Position numbers and translations under genes: made by a program. Of a DNA stretch of 44,946 nucleotides, positions 1 through 11,259 are shown piece after piece. A model generated the notes under the pieces. It ran no database searches, was not told where the DNA came from, and worked only from the letters and a program-made list of their open reading frames with translations. This DNA comes from Ministeria vibrans ATCC 50519 (taxonomy: Eukaryota; Protista; Filasterea). Each line of letters opens with the position of its first letter. The stretch's first letter is position 1. The stretch lies in contig CALSCP010002306.1 in the NCBI GenBank assembly GCA_943704425.1, positions 1 through 44,946 on the forward strand, written 5' to 3'.

Positions 1-852
1 AAAAAAAAAAAAAAAAAAAGAGCCACACGCTCATCCATTGGCTGCAGCAGCCGTACCACTCCGTGTCAGTAGCAACCCTGGACGCCCAAGAAGACCGAAG
101 GCACCCATCCCTCTCACCCCCCAGCCCACATTTAGGCTGTTGGGTAAGAGTTCTACAAGTTGTTTTTTCTCTCTCTGCAACACCCTCTCAACTCTGGCAA
201 ACGTCGGGGTGTGAGAACCAGCGGCCAACGTGCACGCAATTGCATTAAGGATTTTCTTGTACAATGAAGCTTTAAAGCATCCTAGGGTTTCAAAAAAAAA
301 AAAAATCCAGCTGCGCAAACCACTCGTCGTCTCCACCCCTCACCGTATTCCCCTGTCGTCTAGGGCCTTCCACCTGTATCTCCGCCTTTTCTCCTTCATT
401 TTTGTTCACACATCTTAAACGCTAAATGTGCCTCTCATATTTAAAAAAAATTTAGAGGCTTCACATTGTATTGAAAAAATAAGCCGTACATTTCAAATTG
501 TATGTATTGATTTTCGCCTGCTGTAAAGAATCTCGGGATTACGTCTGCTTGGGATAAATAACCGGCGAAATTGTACCATAAATTATTCATTGATATATGC
601 TATAGCACGAAATTTCTATAAACATTATTGTTATTCTTAATTTTGTATATATAGAGCTAGCTAGATGAAAACAACAACCGCATCTTGCAAGACAGGCAAA
701 TGGGGGCGACAACGCTCACATGAATGACAACGACTGAGAGTGAGAGAGAGCGAGAGAGAGAGAGTGAGTGAGTGAGTGAGAGAGATCCACTACGCGTTAC
801 AGCACTTCGTGACGTCCCTCCACGGCTGGATTAGTTCCCACATGAGGAGGAG

Positions 853-1050
853 TTTTTTTTTTTTGGAAGTCCTAGGGCAAGAGCTTCATTGTACAAGACA
901 ATCTAGCCATCCGAAGCGGCTGCTTCACCCCCGCATGGGCCGAAGCGGACATTCCGAGAGACTTTTTTTTTTTTGGAAGTCCTGGGGCAAAAGCTTCATT
1001 GTACAAGACAATCTAGCCATCCGAAGCGGCTGCTTCACCCGCTTCGGCCC
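853..1050 (+). repeat. About 110 bp tandem duplication, with a diverged, interrupted third copy at about 2180-2395
   Basis: T-run+ggaagtcct(a/g)gggcaa(g/a)agcttcattgtacaagacaatctagccatccgaagcggctgc starts at 853 and at 963. Confidence 0.85.
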
Positions 1051-1537
1051 AAACAGTTCAAATTGGTGCTGCTGAGCGACAACTGCTTCCTTCGTTTTGC
1101 TCCAGAGGTTGCCAAAGTGACCGTAATTACCCCCCATTGCACCACCGGACAAAGTGCCACGAGACGCCCATACACAAGCCGCACTGTGTGATTACAGTGC
1201 CTTGCAATATGTATTAGAAGGCTCTTAGAAGGGCCCAGCTGTACATGCATGTGCGGCGGCGCCCTGCATGATCATCCGTCACCGTGCGGGTTCTTGTTCC
1301 CAGCCGACCTGCCCCATCTTGGCGCTGAAGACTGCGTCCCTCGACTTCTTCTCATTGACCGCTACTCCAGTGTCTTCGGCGAAAAAGCCGTATCATCCTG
1401 GCAAGGAAGCCAACCCCCTCCATCACACGAAGCTACACGCACCGTGGCAAATTCTGAGGGGAAAAATTTGTTTTCAAACTTGATGTGTCATCATGATGAT
1501 TTTTCTGCCAAGTTCACTTGAAGTACATTCACCCTAG

Positions 1538-2175
1538 AAAGAGCGCATTTGCATGATTTATTTTCTGAACCGGACCGAAGAGTGTGCATTATCTCAAAAG
1601 CAATCCAAATTTCTTCGGCACACTCAACATTTGTCCGGTTCCTCTCCTTTTTTTTTCTTTTGCTTTTTTTTGCTCTTTTTTTTGCTTTTCGCGAAACTTG
1701 CGCAATTACTCTTCACTTGATCCCGACGAGAAAAAACGCAAGTGCACGGAAAGAAGTCGGATTCCTGCCACCTGACAGAATCGTAAAATAGCTACTGTTA
1801 ACGCCAACAAACTCACAGTCATATGCACATATGGATTATGATGGGTGTGTTTCGAAAACGTCGGCGCGACTTTTTTCATCAACTCCGCTTCCTTTTGGAC
1901 TCTCAACAAAGAGCACATTTGGATGATCTGTATTTTGAACTGGGCCGAAGAGTGTGTGTTATCTCTTCTTACACACTGTGAAGCGACGGGCAACCGTTGT
2001 GGCATACTCCTTTGCACACTCGTCATTTGTCCAGTTCCTCCATTATTTTTCTTTTGCTTTTTTTTTGCTCTTTTTTTTTGCTTTTCGCGAAACTTGCGTA
2101 ATTACTCTTCACTTGATCCCGACGAGAAAAAACGCAAGTGCACGGAAAGAAGACGGACATCTGCCACTTGGCAGA
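1538..2175 (+). repeat. Direct duplication of about 240-270 bp (1538-1775 and 1908-2175)
   Basis: Both copies share ccgaagagtgtg...ttttcgcgaaacttgcg.aattactcttcacttgatcccgacgagaaaaaacgcaagtgcacggaaagaag. Confidence 0.85.
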
Positions 2176-2926
2176 CTCGTATTTTTCTTTTTTTGAAGTC
2201 CTAAGGGGGTTCGTCCTAGGCTAGGGCAAAAGCTTCACTCGTAAAATTGTCTGTGTGTGTGTGAAATAGCTATCACAGCCGTAGTCCCTACCTCCTACTT
2301 AGCTAACTTTTCTCATTGAACAAGACAATCTACTTACTCATCCGAAGCGGCTGCCCCATCCTCGCAGAAGCCAAAGCGGACGATTTGAGAGACTTGCATG
2401 CAGAGCCTGTCACCCAAGCAAGTGGACTGATCTGCAGCTGTTGTCGTCAAAACTGAGAGGTTGTGCTGGCTTGCTTGGGAAAAGATGATTTTAACGGCGG
2501 ATCAACTGCCATGTCACTGCAGAGCGCACGCTGCAACCCTACCCAAGATACCTAAACGCAATGCCTTCCCGGTCTTTAACACTAAACCTCCGTCGGCGTG
2601 ACACGCTATATTCATAAGCTCCCGTGTACTGTGCGTATCGCAGTTGAACAAACCTCCGTCGGCGTGACACGCTATTTTTTCCTGCGAGGAGATTAGCCGT
2701 TGAATGATCGTTGCGCAGTTTGTTCGACTACTATACGCACAGAACATGGGGGCTTATGAATATAGCGTTGTGTTGCCACAGTAGCCAGACGACAAAAATG
2801 AATACAAAACGTTCCATCAAATCGCCAAAGTATATGGGTGTTTGATATTGTAGTATTTTTTTATCTTTACAGTAATAGTGCATTATACTATCACACCAAA
2901 CGCGGCAGTAAAAATGTTTCATCCGA

Positions 2927-4640
2927 TCAAGACACCAGAGCGTGCGCTACCCCTCGAATCTACACGACAACAGCCCAACAGCAGAGCGAGAGAAAAAATC
3001 ATGTGAAATGACACAAAGGCACGACACAGTCAGATACGCACAGATACGCACCTGCTCACTCGCGTGGCTCGCAAGGCCCCGCACGACATCCCGCAGCGCC
3101 TCAGGGACACCACATGCACACAGACTCAGAAAGTGCAAAGCGAGCCACAACACCTCCTCATCCGTCGACCTCACCAGCAGCGCACTCATACCTTCCACCA
3201 ATCTTGATGGACGGTGTCCCTGTGCAACCACGTTCGCCGCACAATAAGCACCCTGAAAACAATGATTGTAAATATGAGTTGCAATTAATGACTTGTTTTT
3301 TCAGTACCTCCCGCTGCGCTGCGATCCCCCCTTCACCAGCAAGCAGCCGACACACGGAGGGCACAAGAGAATCGACAGTCGCCGCAGAGAGCAACAATGT
3401 AGTCGCATTGGCCAAACACCATGCAGCCTCAGCGCCCGTTGACGACGTGGCCACGAGAGCAGGCACCACTGTGTCGCGCACCAACCGGTCCACGTGCTGT
3501 GCAAGTGACACGGCCGCCGACTCGTCCACTAGCACATTGCTCAAACAGCGCAAGAACAGTGCTTGCACACCGTCATTATCCCGATCAATATTCGCACTGA
3601 GACGCACCAGTGTCTGTGCGAGCACAGCGACAGTCGTCTCGGGCACACACATTGCAAAGCGCGCCGACGTTATAATAGACACCAGCCACAGAGCCTCGGC
3701 AAGCACCGCCCGATCATCTCCACCCAGCTGCTGCACACCCACTCGAGCACAGAGCGCAATGTCCTGCTCGCTCAGCAGAGTGCAACATTGGACCATGTTC
3801 GAAAGCGCAAACAACGCACAGCGCACTGCCTCGCCACTCGACTCTGCCTCACAGACCCCGACCAGTGCAGCCACTGCCCCCTGCGCATACAACACAGCGC
3901 AACACGCTTCACCGTCGCCCGCCAAATTCCCTAGTGCCCAAGCCTACCAAAACAAACAAACAAAAAAAAAACGCAGTCATCAGCTTGCTTAAATTGTCGA
4001 AACCTTCCTGGCATGGATGTACCGCTTGGCTTTGTAAGAAGGAATCGCGGCTTGAAAGGTACTGTACAAGATAAGGTGCAGCGGGGAGCACGCGTTTGGT
4101 CGTCGTGTGCTCGCCACTGGCGAGGTTGGTCACACAGCAGCACGCCTCAAGCTGACACTCGGCGTCTGCCAACTGTAACACACTGAGGAGCACATTCACA
4201 CTGTCACTGGTGTCGTCGTCGCACACCAGAGCCGCCGAAGCTTCCACTGTTTGTATCGACAAGAGCCGTCTCACCGTGCGCAGCGCCCGCACACGCTCTG
4301 TTCGTGTCTTTGAGATGCGAATCTGTTGGATGCACTCACCCAAGGTCGTTCTCAGTGTTTTCTCCTCCACTGCCACCACAGCGGCCGGCGAAGCATCGTT
4401 GTCGTCGTCCCCGGCAGTCTCTGGAACACGTACACAAACACGTTTCATCATGAGCGCTCGGGCGCGTCGGTCACGGCGATCTTCTGTGTGAGGAAACGAC
4501 ACAAAAGAGTCAGAACCAAACCAAATCATCTTGTGGGTGCAATCGCTACGTTCCGTCGACGTTCTCCATCGCTCCCTTGCATCATCCACTCCTTGAGCAC
4601 CACCACCCCGTCTCTTGAACTCTCTTAAGCGGTCACTCAT
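2927..4640 (-). CDS. Armadillo-repeat protein with IBB-like N-terminus (TMCO6 / importin-alpha-like), 5 coding exons
   Basis: ATG at 4640 (MSDRLREFKRRGGG...DRRDRRARALMMKR, IBB-like basic segment). ARM motifs: QLEACCCVTNLASGE, QSQA|AWALGNLAGDG, EAAWCLAN, QRE|GAYCAANV. The GT-AG introns keep frame. The last exon IRGVAHALVS ends with TGA at 2929-2927. Confidence 0.75.
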
Positions 4641-4762
4641 AAAAATTTGTTATTTGGGTCTTGGACTCTTGGCTTGGAGTGATCAGGGAGTGATCCAGGG
4701 AGTGAAGATCAAAGAGTGTCAATCTGAAGTGAAAGTAACTCAAAGTTCAAACATTTTCTTTG

Positions 4763-5650
4763 ATGAGCACAGCCGGGGACCCCCTCACGGGAATACCTCC
4801 GGGCGCTGACAACGGCGACATGCCGCTGCACGACGACGTGGCCCACCCGCAAGTGCTGGCGAATGCTGATCCAGCGCAGCTGTGGAACGCCGTCTACCGA
4901 GCGGTTGAGTTCCTGGAAGACTACGGCTGGTGGGTCTTGGCGGCCCTTGTGCTGCTGTACACCGTCTATGTGGTTCTTGAGGCGCAAATCCAAGCGGCGC
5001 TCGCACGTCATCGCGAACGGCAGCGCCTGCGCCGCTTTGAAGGAAATCCCCACATCGCACAGGTACTGACTGCCGACCATTCCGCCTCACCCCTTTTCCT
5101 TGCGCCCCGTGACAAAACAGCGCCCGAGACAACTCATTCGAACTTACTGTGCAAAACTTGAAAAAAAAACCCCCCCCCATCTTTTTGTTTTAGGAGTACG
5201 AAGAGCGCAAGAAGGCGGCACGTGATCGTCAACAGTCTAAAGTGGAGCAAGAGGCGATCGAGCGACAGAAGCGTGAGGAGGAGGTGAGTTTTTCTTGACG
5301 CCTATGCAATGCCCCAAAAGTGAAAGTTCGTGAACCACAACACGATATTAATTGTCATAATTATGCGTTCAGGCTGAAAAGCGACGAGTACAAGAGAGGC
5401 TGGATGACTGGCAGCGACACACGGAAGGCAAAGGGTACCGCAACAAGAGTCAGGCACGCCAAGTGGACCCCAAACCACCGGGCAAGCCAAGCGACAAGAA
5501 GAAGGGAGCGCTCAAGCCAGGTAGGGTGCAAAAACCACAGCTGCCATTGCCTGACATGCTATGATTGTAGAGTACAACCCACTCGCGGGTGCGTCGGGAC
5601 CAGCGTGCTCGTACCGTCCAGGGCGACGGAGGGGCGGTGGATGAGGTTAA
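4763..5650 (+). CDS. SELENOS: Selenoprotein S (SelS/VIMP), about 205 aa, with Sec as the penultimate residue
   Basis: Exons 4763-5062, 5194-5283, 5373-5520 and 5571-5650 join in frame (618 nt). The protein has one TM helix (YGWWVLAALVLLYTVYVVL), a charged coiled coil, WQRHTEGKGYRNK, and the C-terminus EYNPLAGASGPACSYRPGRRRGGG-TGA-G-TAA, matching the SelS signature YNPL..G...ACSxRPGRR...GGUG. Confidence 0.93.
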
Positions 5651-5700
5651 AGACGCCCGCTGCACAGTGTCATGCAGAGCTGAGAGATTGAACGCAAGTC

Positions 5701-5781
5701 CGTCTGGTCTGGTCTGGTCTGGTCTGGTCTGGTCTGGTCTGGTCTGGTCTTAGTCTTTGGTCTGGCCTTAGTCTCTAGTCT
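5701..5781 (+). repeat. (TCTGG)n pentanucleotide microsatellite, degenerate at its 3' end
   Basis: gtctggtctggtctgg... seen directly in the SELENOS 3' UTR. Confidence 0.9.
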
Positions 5782-5854
5782 GTGTGGCACTTGAAGGATG
5801 CAGTGGGTGCGGTGGCGAGCACGACAAGTGGACGCGCAGGTGTGAGTGTGTGGT

Positions 5855-5930
5855 GTGTGACAGTGATGATGTACGGTGCTCCGAAAGCCCCCTTGCGCGG
5901 GCAGGACACGTGCGGATGCTCTCCACTCCC
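5855..5930 (+). promoter_or_regulatory. SECIS element (type II) in the SELENOS 3' UTR
   Basis: ATGA at 5866-5869. Helix II pairs TGTACGGTGCTCC with GGACACGTGCG (two bulges). Unpaired AAA at 5884-5886, apical mini-stem GCCC/GGGC, and 3' GA at 5915-5916 completing the non-Watson-Crick quartet. Confidence 0.88.
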
Positions 5931-6044
5931 GACAACCTCTCACTTTTATTGTGCGTCTCCTTCAGTCGATGTTTAATGTAACCCATGATATTATTGTCAA
6001 CAATTATTAATAGTATGAATTTTGTTTTTTTTTTAAATTAATGA

Positions 6045-6258
6045 TAGCTTTTCCTGCTGGAATAATAATAATAAATTAAACTGCCCAAATAAGACAAATA
6101 TTCATCAAAATAATTATAGTAAAACTAGCTTTTCCTGCTGGAATAATAATAATAAATTAAACTGCCCAAATAAGACAAATATTCACCAAAATAATTATAG
6201 TAAAAACTAGCTTTTCCTGCTGGAATAGTAATAATAAATTGAACTGCCCAAATAAGAT
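6045..6258. repeat. About 2.6 tandem copies of an 81-82 bp AT-rich unit
   Basis: The unit tagcttttcctgctggaataataataataaattaaactgcccaaataagac... starts at 6045, 6126 and 6208. Confidence 0.9.
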
Positions 6259-6283
6259 AAATTCACAGAGTCGAACGAACGCT

Positions 6284-7331
6284 TTACTTTGTCTTCTTCA
6301 TGGCGGCCTCCTCCTCGAGGGCCTTGCGGCGCTTCTCGCGGATTCCAACGAGGCGGGCATCGGCACGGGTGATGCGCATCTCGCGGAAGACACTCTTCTT
6401 GACGTCCTTCTCGTCGGCCGTGATGGCACGCGCCTTCTCGCCCTGCTTGGCCTGCGTCACCGGCATGATCGCACCCTTGAGCTGCACCGCAGTCTTGCGC
6501 ACGTCCGCCGGCGCATCGCCCTTGCGCAGCTGCTTGGCGCCCGCACGACGCGGGAACACAATCAGGTTGCTCTTGTACTCCTTGAGGCGCTGCACGTTGG
6601 CGCGGAGGCCCTCCTCGCTGCGCGACTTGCGTCGGTGGTCCACGCAGATGCCGAAAGACTTGGCCTCCTTGCGCGAGATCTTGGCCTCAGCAAGCTCGTC
6701 GAGCGTGAAGCCACGGCCAGCGCGAACCTTGGTGTTGTACTTGAACGTCGGGCAACGGACAATCGGTCGCAGCGATCCCTCAACGGGGCGCGGCGCAATC
6801 GCCAGAGCCTTCTTCAGGCGCGCAGTGCGGCGAGACTTCTTGCGACCAGCCTGAAGAGAGAAAGAGGAAAAAAAAAAAAAGAAAACGTAAGAAACATGTT
6901 TTGAAATGAAAAACGTGAGTGCAACAGTATGAAGAAAACTGGAAGCAATGAACACCACACACACATATATATATATATATATATACACTGCATACACACA
7001 CACACATCCACAGAGGAACACATCCACGAAATCTTAAGGATGGAGAGCAGTAAAGCAAAAAGAGCAAAAAATAAGTAACGAAAGACACACAACAACGGTA
7101 CATGTACACTGTACGCACACACCTGCATGTGCAGACACATAGAACAGCCACCATTGCATTCGATGGGAAAGCAGAGAGAATCAAAAGAAAAAAAAAAGAC
7201 AAAAAAACGAGAGATGGAGCATGGCAATGGTCACGCACGGCGCCTCGACACAATGGTCAATGCAAGCAGAACGGAGTGGACACAGAGAAAGGAGGAAAGC
7301 CAAGGCCAGGGGCGCAGCATGAGCCAACGTC

Positions 7332-7362
<31 letters not shown>

Positions 7363-7591
7363 AAAGAGAAAAAAGGACGGCGATGTGTCGGGTGAAAGGG
7401 GAACAGACACGAGTGAGCGGCAACGGGAAGAGTCGGCACTCAACACACGCGGAGTGCGAGCAGGGATTTCATGGCGCTCTGGCTGGCGTTGGAAAGGGAT
7501 TCGTTTTTACCTGGTTCAGCCAAGTCCTGACACGGGTCTGCCAGTGCTTGCGGAAGTGTGCGTTGGGCACTACGTTGTTGTGGCTCACCAT
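6284..7591 (-). CDS. RPL13: 60S ribosomal protein L13 (eL13)
   Basis: Exon 7591-7511 [27 protein letters not shown], intron 7510-6851, exon 6850-6284 AGRKKSRR...APRP...[27 protein letters not shown]...VDHRR...[17 protein letters not shown]. There is a probable 5'-UTR intron at 7905-7593. Confidence 0.97.
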
Positions 7592-8388
7592 CCTACAGCA
7601 AAGCGAAAATACACGGGGTCAGCGTCAAGGTGGCTTTGCCGACACACATGGTAAGCGCACGGCGCAACGCAGCGGAGGCCAGGGCGCGCCATTTCAACAC
7701 ACACACCCACTCACACAGACACACACCCACACGCGCACACACGAGTCCGCGACAGACACGCCTGCTGCCGGGGGAAACGCGCTTTGAGGCCAAGAGTCTC
7801 TTTTTTCAATGCCACAGCCGTAATCGACCGACAAAAACAGAGCATCAAACGTGGCAGAACAGCCAGAAGAGCCAGACGAGACACGTAAAGGCGCGATGGG
7901 CATACCTGAAAAAAGCACAACAAAAAAAGAGATCGAATTCTCAATTCAGAAAAGAGAAAGGTGAAAGAAGAAGAAGACGATCAAACAAGAAGTTCGTTCA
8001 TGCAAGGTTCATCATCGTGCGTGCAATCGACCGAGTAAGTGACTCACCTGTCTCACTGTGATTGACTGACTGCAAACCGGGACTCTCATGGTCTCTTGAA
8101 GAGATCCAATCACGATTAAAAAGAAAGAGCTTAACTGGCTAAGACGTTGGTGTACCTAATTTTATTTTTTTTTATTTTTTTTCATCGTTTGTTTTACACC
8201 TGCGACATTTTACAACCACGACAACAATCAAGCGCCACCGAATAGACCGCCATTTTATTTTGTTTTTTCCGTTGACTTGATTGCTCTCTTTTGATCGTGA
8301 GTTACAAAAATTTGTTTCCTTATCAAAAAATTGAAAAATCTGTCTCTCCCTCGTGCACAACGCTCATCGCTTCTGGTCTGCACCACAG

Positions 8389-11126
8389 ATGGATCCGCAA
8401 GAGCAAGAATCCAAGCGGAAGTTCATTGATGACGACTTTGTTGATCCTCCAGTACGCACAGACGTCTTCTTCGCTTTTTTTTTTTTTTTTTTTTTTTTTT
8501 TTCGTAATTATTTTTGAATTCTCGCTCACGCGCGTCTCCCGCGCACATACAGTCACCGACAAAGGGTATGCCCAGCATTTCAAGCTCTTCATCTCTCCGC
8601 CGGGGATCCAAGGCTGCGACCGCACCCGAGAGCGCAGCTGCCTCGCGCGACACGGTTGTTTTGGACGATGCACCCAGAGCGGCCTCGTCGCCCGAAGCAG
8701 AGGCAACAGCCCCGGCGGAAGCAAAGGCCGAAGCAGCCACAGTGACGACAGCTGTAGCGCCAACGACCGCTGCTCTTGAGGACGACACAACAGCTGTGGC
8801 GACCGACGAGCCAGTTGAGGAGGGCGAGGCGGAGCCTTCCTCTCCAGCCGAGCCTCAGCCTGAAGATTCATCGGAATCAAAGGCAGTCGAGGAATCTGAC
8901 GACTCGGACGCGGACAGCGACACGTCGTCCATGGTCATTGGGTCAGCAAGCGCACCCCAGATTCACGAGATGCTCGGGTCACCGCGTGCCGTCCCCGCAG
9001 CCCTGGCCAAAGCTGCCGCCGCAGCCGCAGCCGGTTCCGAAGCGTCGGCCATTGCGCGACGGACAGCAGCAGCAGCTGCTGCCGCTGAGAACTCGTCGTC
9101 GCTGACGCAGCAGCCATCGAAGAAAAAGTCGACAGCGAGTGTGAGCTCATCGACAGCTCTGTCAACGGTGGGCAGCGTTAAAGACGGTATGACAGCAGAG
9201 ACGGCGGCAGCGTCGCTGGGAACCACAGCAGCAGCACCCGCAAAGAGGAGCAGCAGCACACCAGCCACTTCGGTGCCCATGGAGCGGCTAGAAGCAGTGG
9301 CGGCGGCGAAGGCGTCGCAGGCAACGGTCGATGCACAGCCGGTGGTCGCGTCGGACGGGACCATTCTTCTGGCTTCGGGCGAGCCCGACTGGAAGCACAT
9401 GAGCATTGAGACGGTGCTGGGAAAGCTATCGTCAGGACGCGACGGCCTGTCGGGCGACGAGGCAGAGGCGCGTCTGGCGCAGTATGGGCCCAACCAGCTG
9501 GCCGAGACGCACATCAGTCCGCTGCTCATCTTTTTGTCGTTCATGTGGAATCCGCTGTCGTGGGCGATGGAAGTGGCCGCCATCATTGCCATTGTGCTGC
9601 TTGACTATGTGGACTTTGCGCTCATTCTGTGTTTGCTTCTGCTCAACGCGACCATTGGGTATCTGGAGGAGAGGAGTGCGGGGGACGCAGTGGCGGCGTT
9701 GATGGGTCAACTGGCGCCGGTGAGCAAGGTGAAGCGCAATGGGGCATGGGCCAATGTGCCGGCGTCGCAGCTGGTTCCGGGCGATGTGGTGCGCGTGCGA
9801 CTGGGCGATGTTGTCCCCGCCGACATCAAGTTGCTCGAGGGCGACCAGCTCAAGATTGATCAGAGCTCGCTGACGGGCGAGTCGCTGCCGGTCACCAAGT
9901 ACGCGGGGGATCAGGCGTACTCCGGGTCCATCGTCAAGCAGGGCGAGACCGAGGCGGTCGTCTACGCCACCGGCGGAAACACATTTTTTGGCAAAGCCGC
10001 AAATCTCATTAGCGAGACCGAGTCTTCTGGGCATCTGCAGCAGGTGTGTGTGTCTTTGTGGTGTGTGTGTGTGTCTTTGTGATGTGTGTGTGTGTGTCTT
10101 TGTGATGTGTGTGTGTGTGTGTGTCTTTGTGGTGTGTGTGTGTGTCTTTGTGGTGTGTGTGTGTGTCTTTGTGGTGCGTGTGTGTGTCTTTGTGGTGCGT
10201 GTGTGTGTCTGTGTGGTGTGCTTAGAGTGTGTGTGTGTGTGAGGAAGAACAAAGAAATCCTACCAACTAACTATGCTTACTAGGTTCTCACCTCGGTTGG
10301 CAATTTCTGTCTTGTGAGCATTTTTATTTGGTGCATTATCGAGTTGGCAGTGCAGTTTGGAGTGCGTAGTCAGCCGTGCGAGCCACCGAACGAAGAAGGA
10401 AACTGGTACGAACCCAACCAGACACACACACACCCACTCCTCTTTGAGCTGCACTCAAATTTTTGTTCAATTGTAGTCCTACGCTCTCCAATATGCTGGT
10501 GATCATAGTCGGAGGCATTCCTGTTGCCATGCCAACAGTCCTTTCCGTGACGATGGCTATTGGCGCGACACGTCTGGCTCGCAAGAAGGCCATTGTCACT
10601 CGTCTCACTGCAAGTACGTTGCGACCGAGGAAGATTTGAAGTTTTCTGACGTTTTGTTATGCATTGACCTTAGTTGAGGAACTGGCCGGCATGGAGATTT
10701 TGTGCAGCGATAAAACTGGCACGCTGACGCTGAACGAACTGACGGTCGACCAAGACGGACTGCACACGTATGATACGGCGTAGAAGAAGATGAATCGTAA
10801 TAATTATAATAATCATAATAATTATATTTGGTTGTATAGGTGCCATGCGTATGCGGCCGAGGACATTTTGCGGTACGGAGCGCTGTCGGCGCGCATTGAG
10901 AACAACGAGCCGATTGACGTGTGCATCCACGAGGCATGCCGCGAGCACGAGCGACTGTGGGACGAGTGGGAGCTGCTGCACTACGTGCCGTTTGACCCAG
11001 TGAACAAGCGGACCATTGCGACGGTACGCTGTCGGGCGACGGGTGCTGTTGTGCGCGCAGTCAAAGGTATAGTTCAGTGATGTGTGTGTGTGCCTTTGTG
11101 GTGGTGGTGGTGGTGGTGGTGGTGGT

Positions 11127-11197
<71 letters not shown>

Positions 11198-11228
11198 CTT
11201 TGTGGTGTGTGTGTGTGGTGTGTATGTA

Positions 11229-11259
<31 letters not shown>

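Noticed and set aside
853-1050. CRISPR-like array
   Set aside because: Eukaryotic context, whole-unit duplication without unique spacers, and no cas genes.
6851-7905. snoRNAs in the unusually long RPL13 introns
   Set aside because: I found no convincing box C (RTGATGA)/D (CTGA) pair or hairpin-H-hairpin-ACA layout. The CTGAC near 7620 fits a branch point. An Infernal/snoscan search would be needed.
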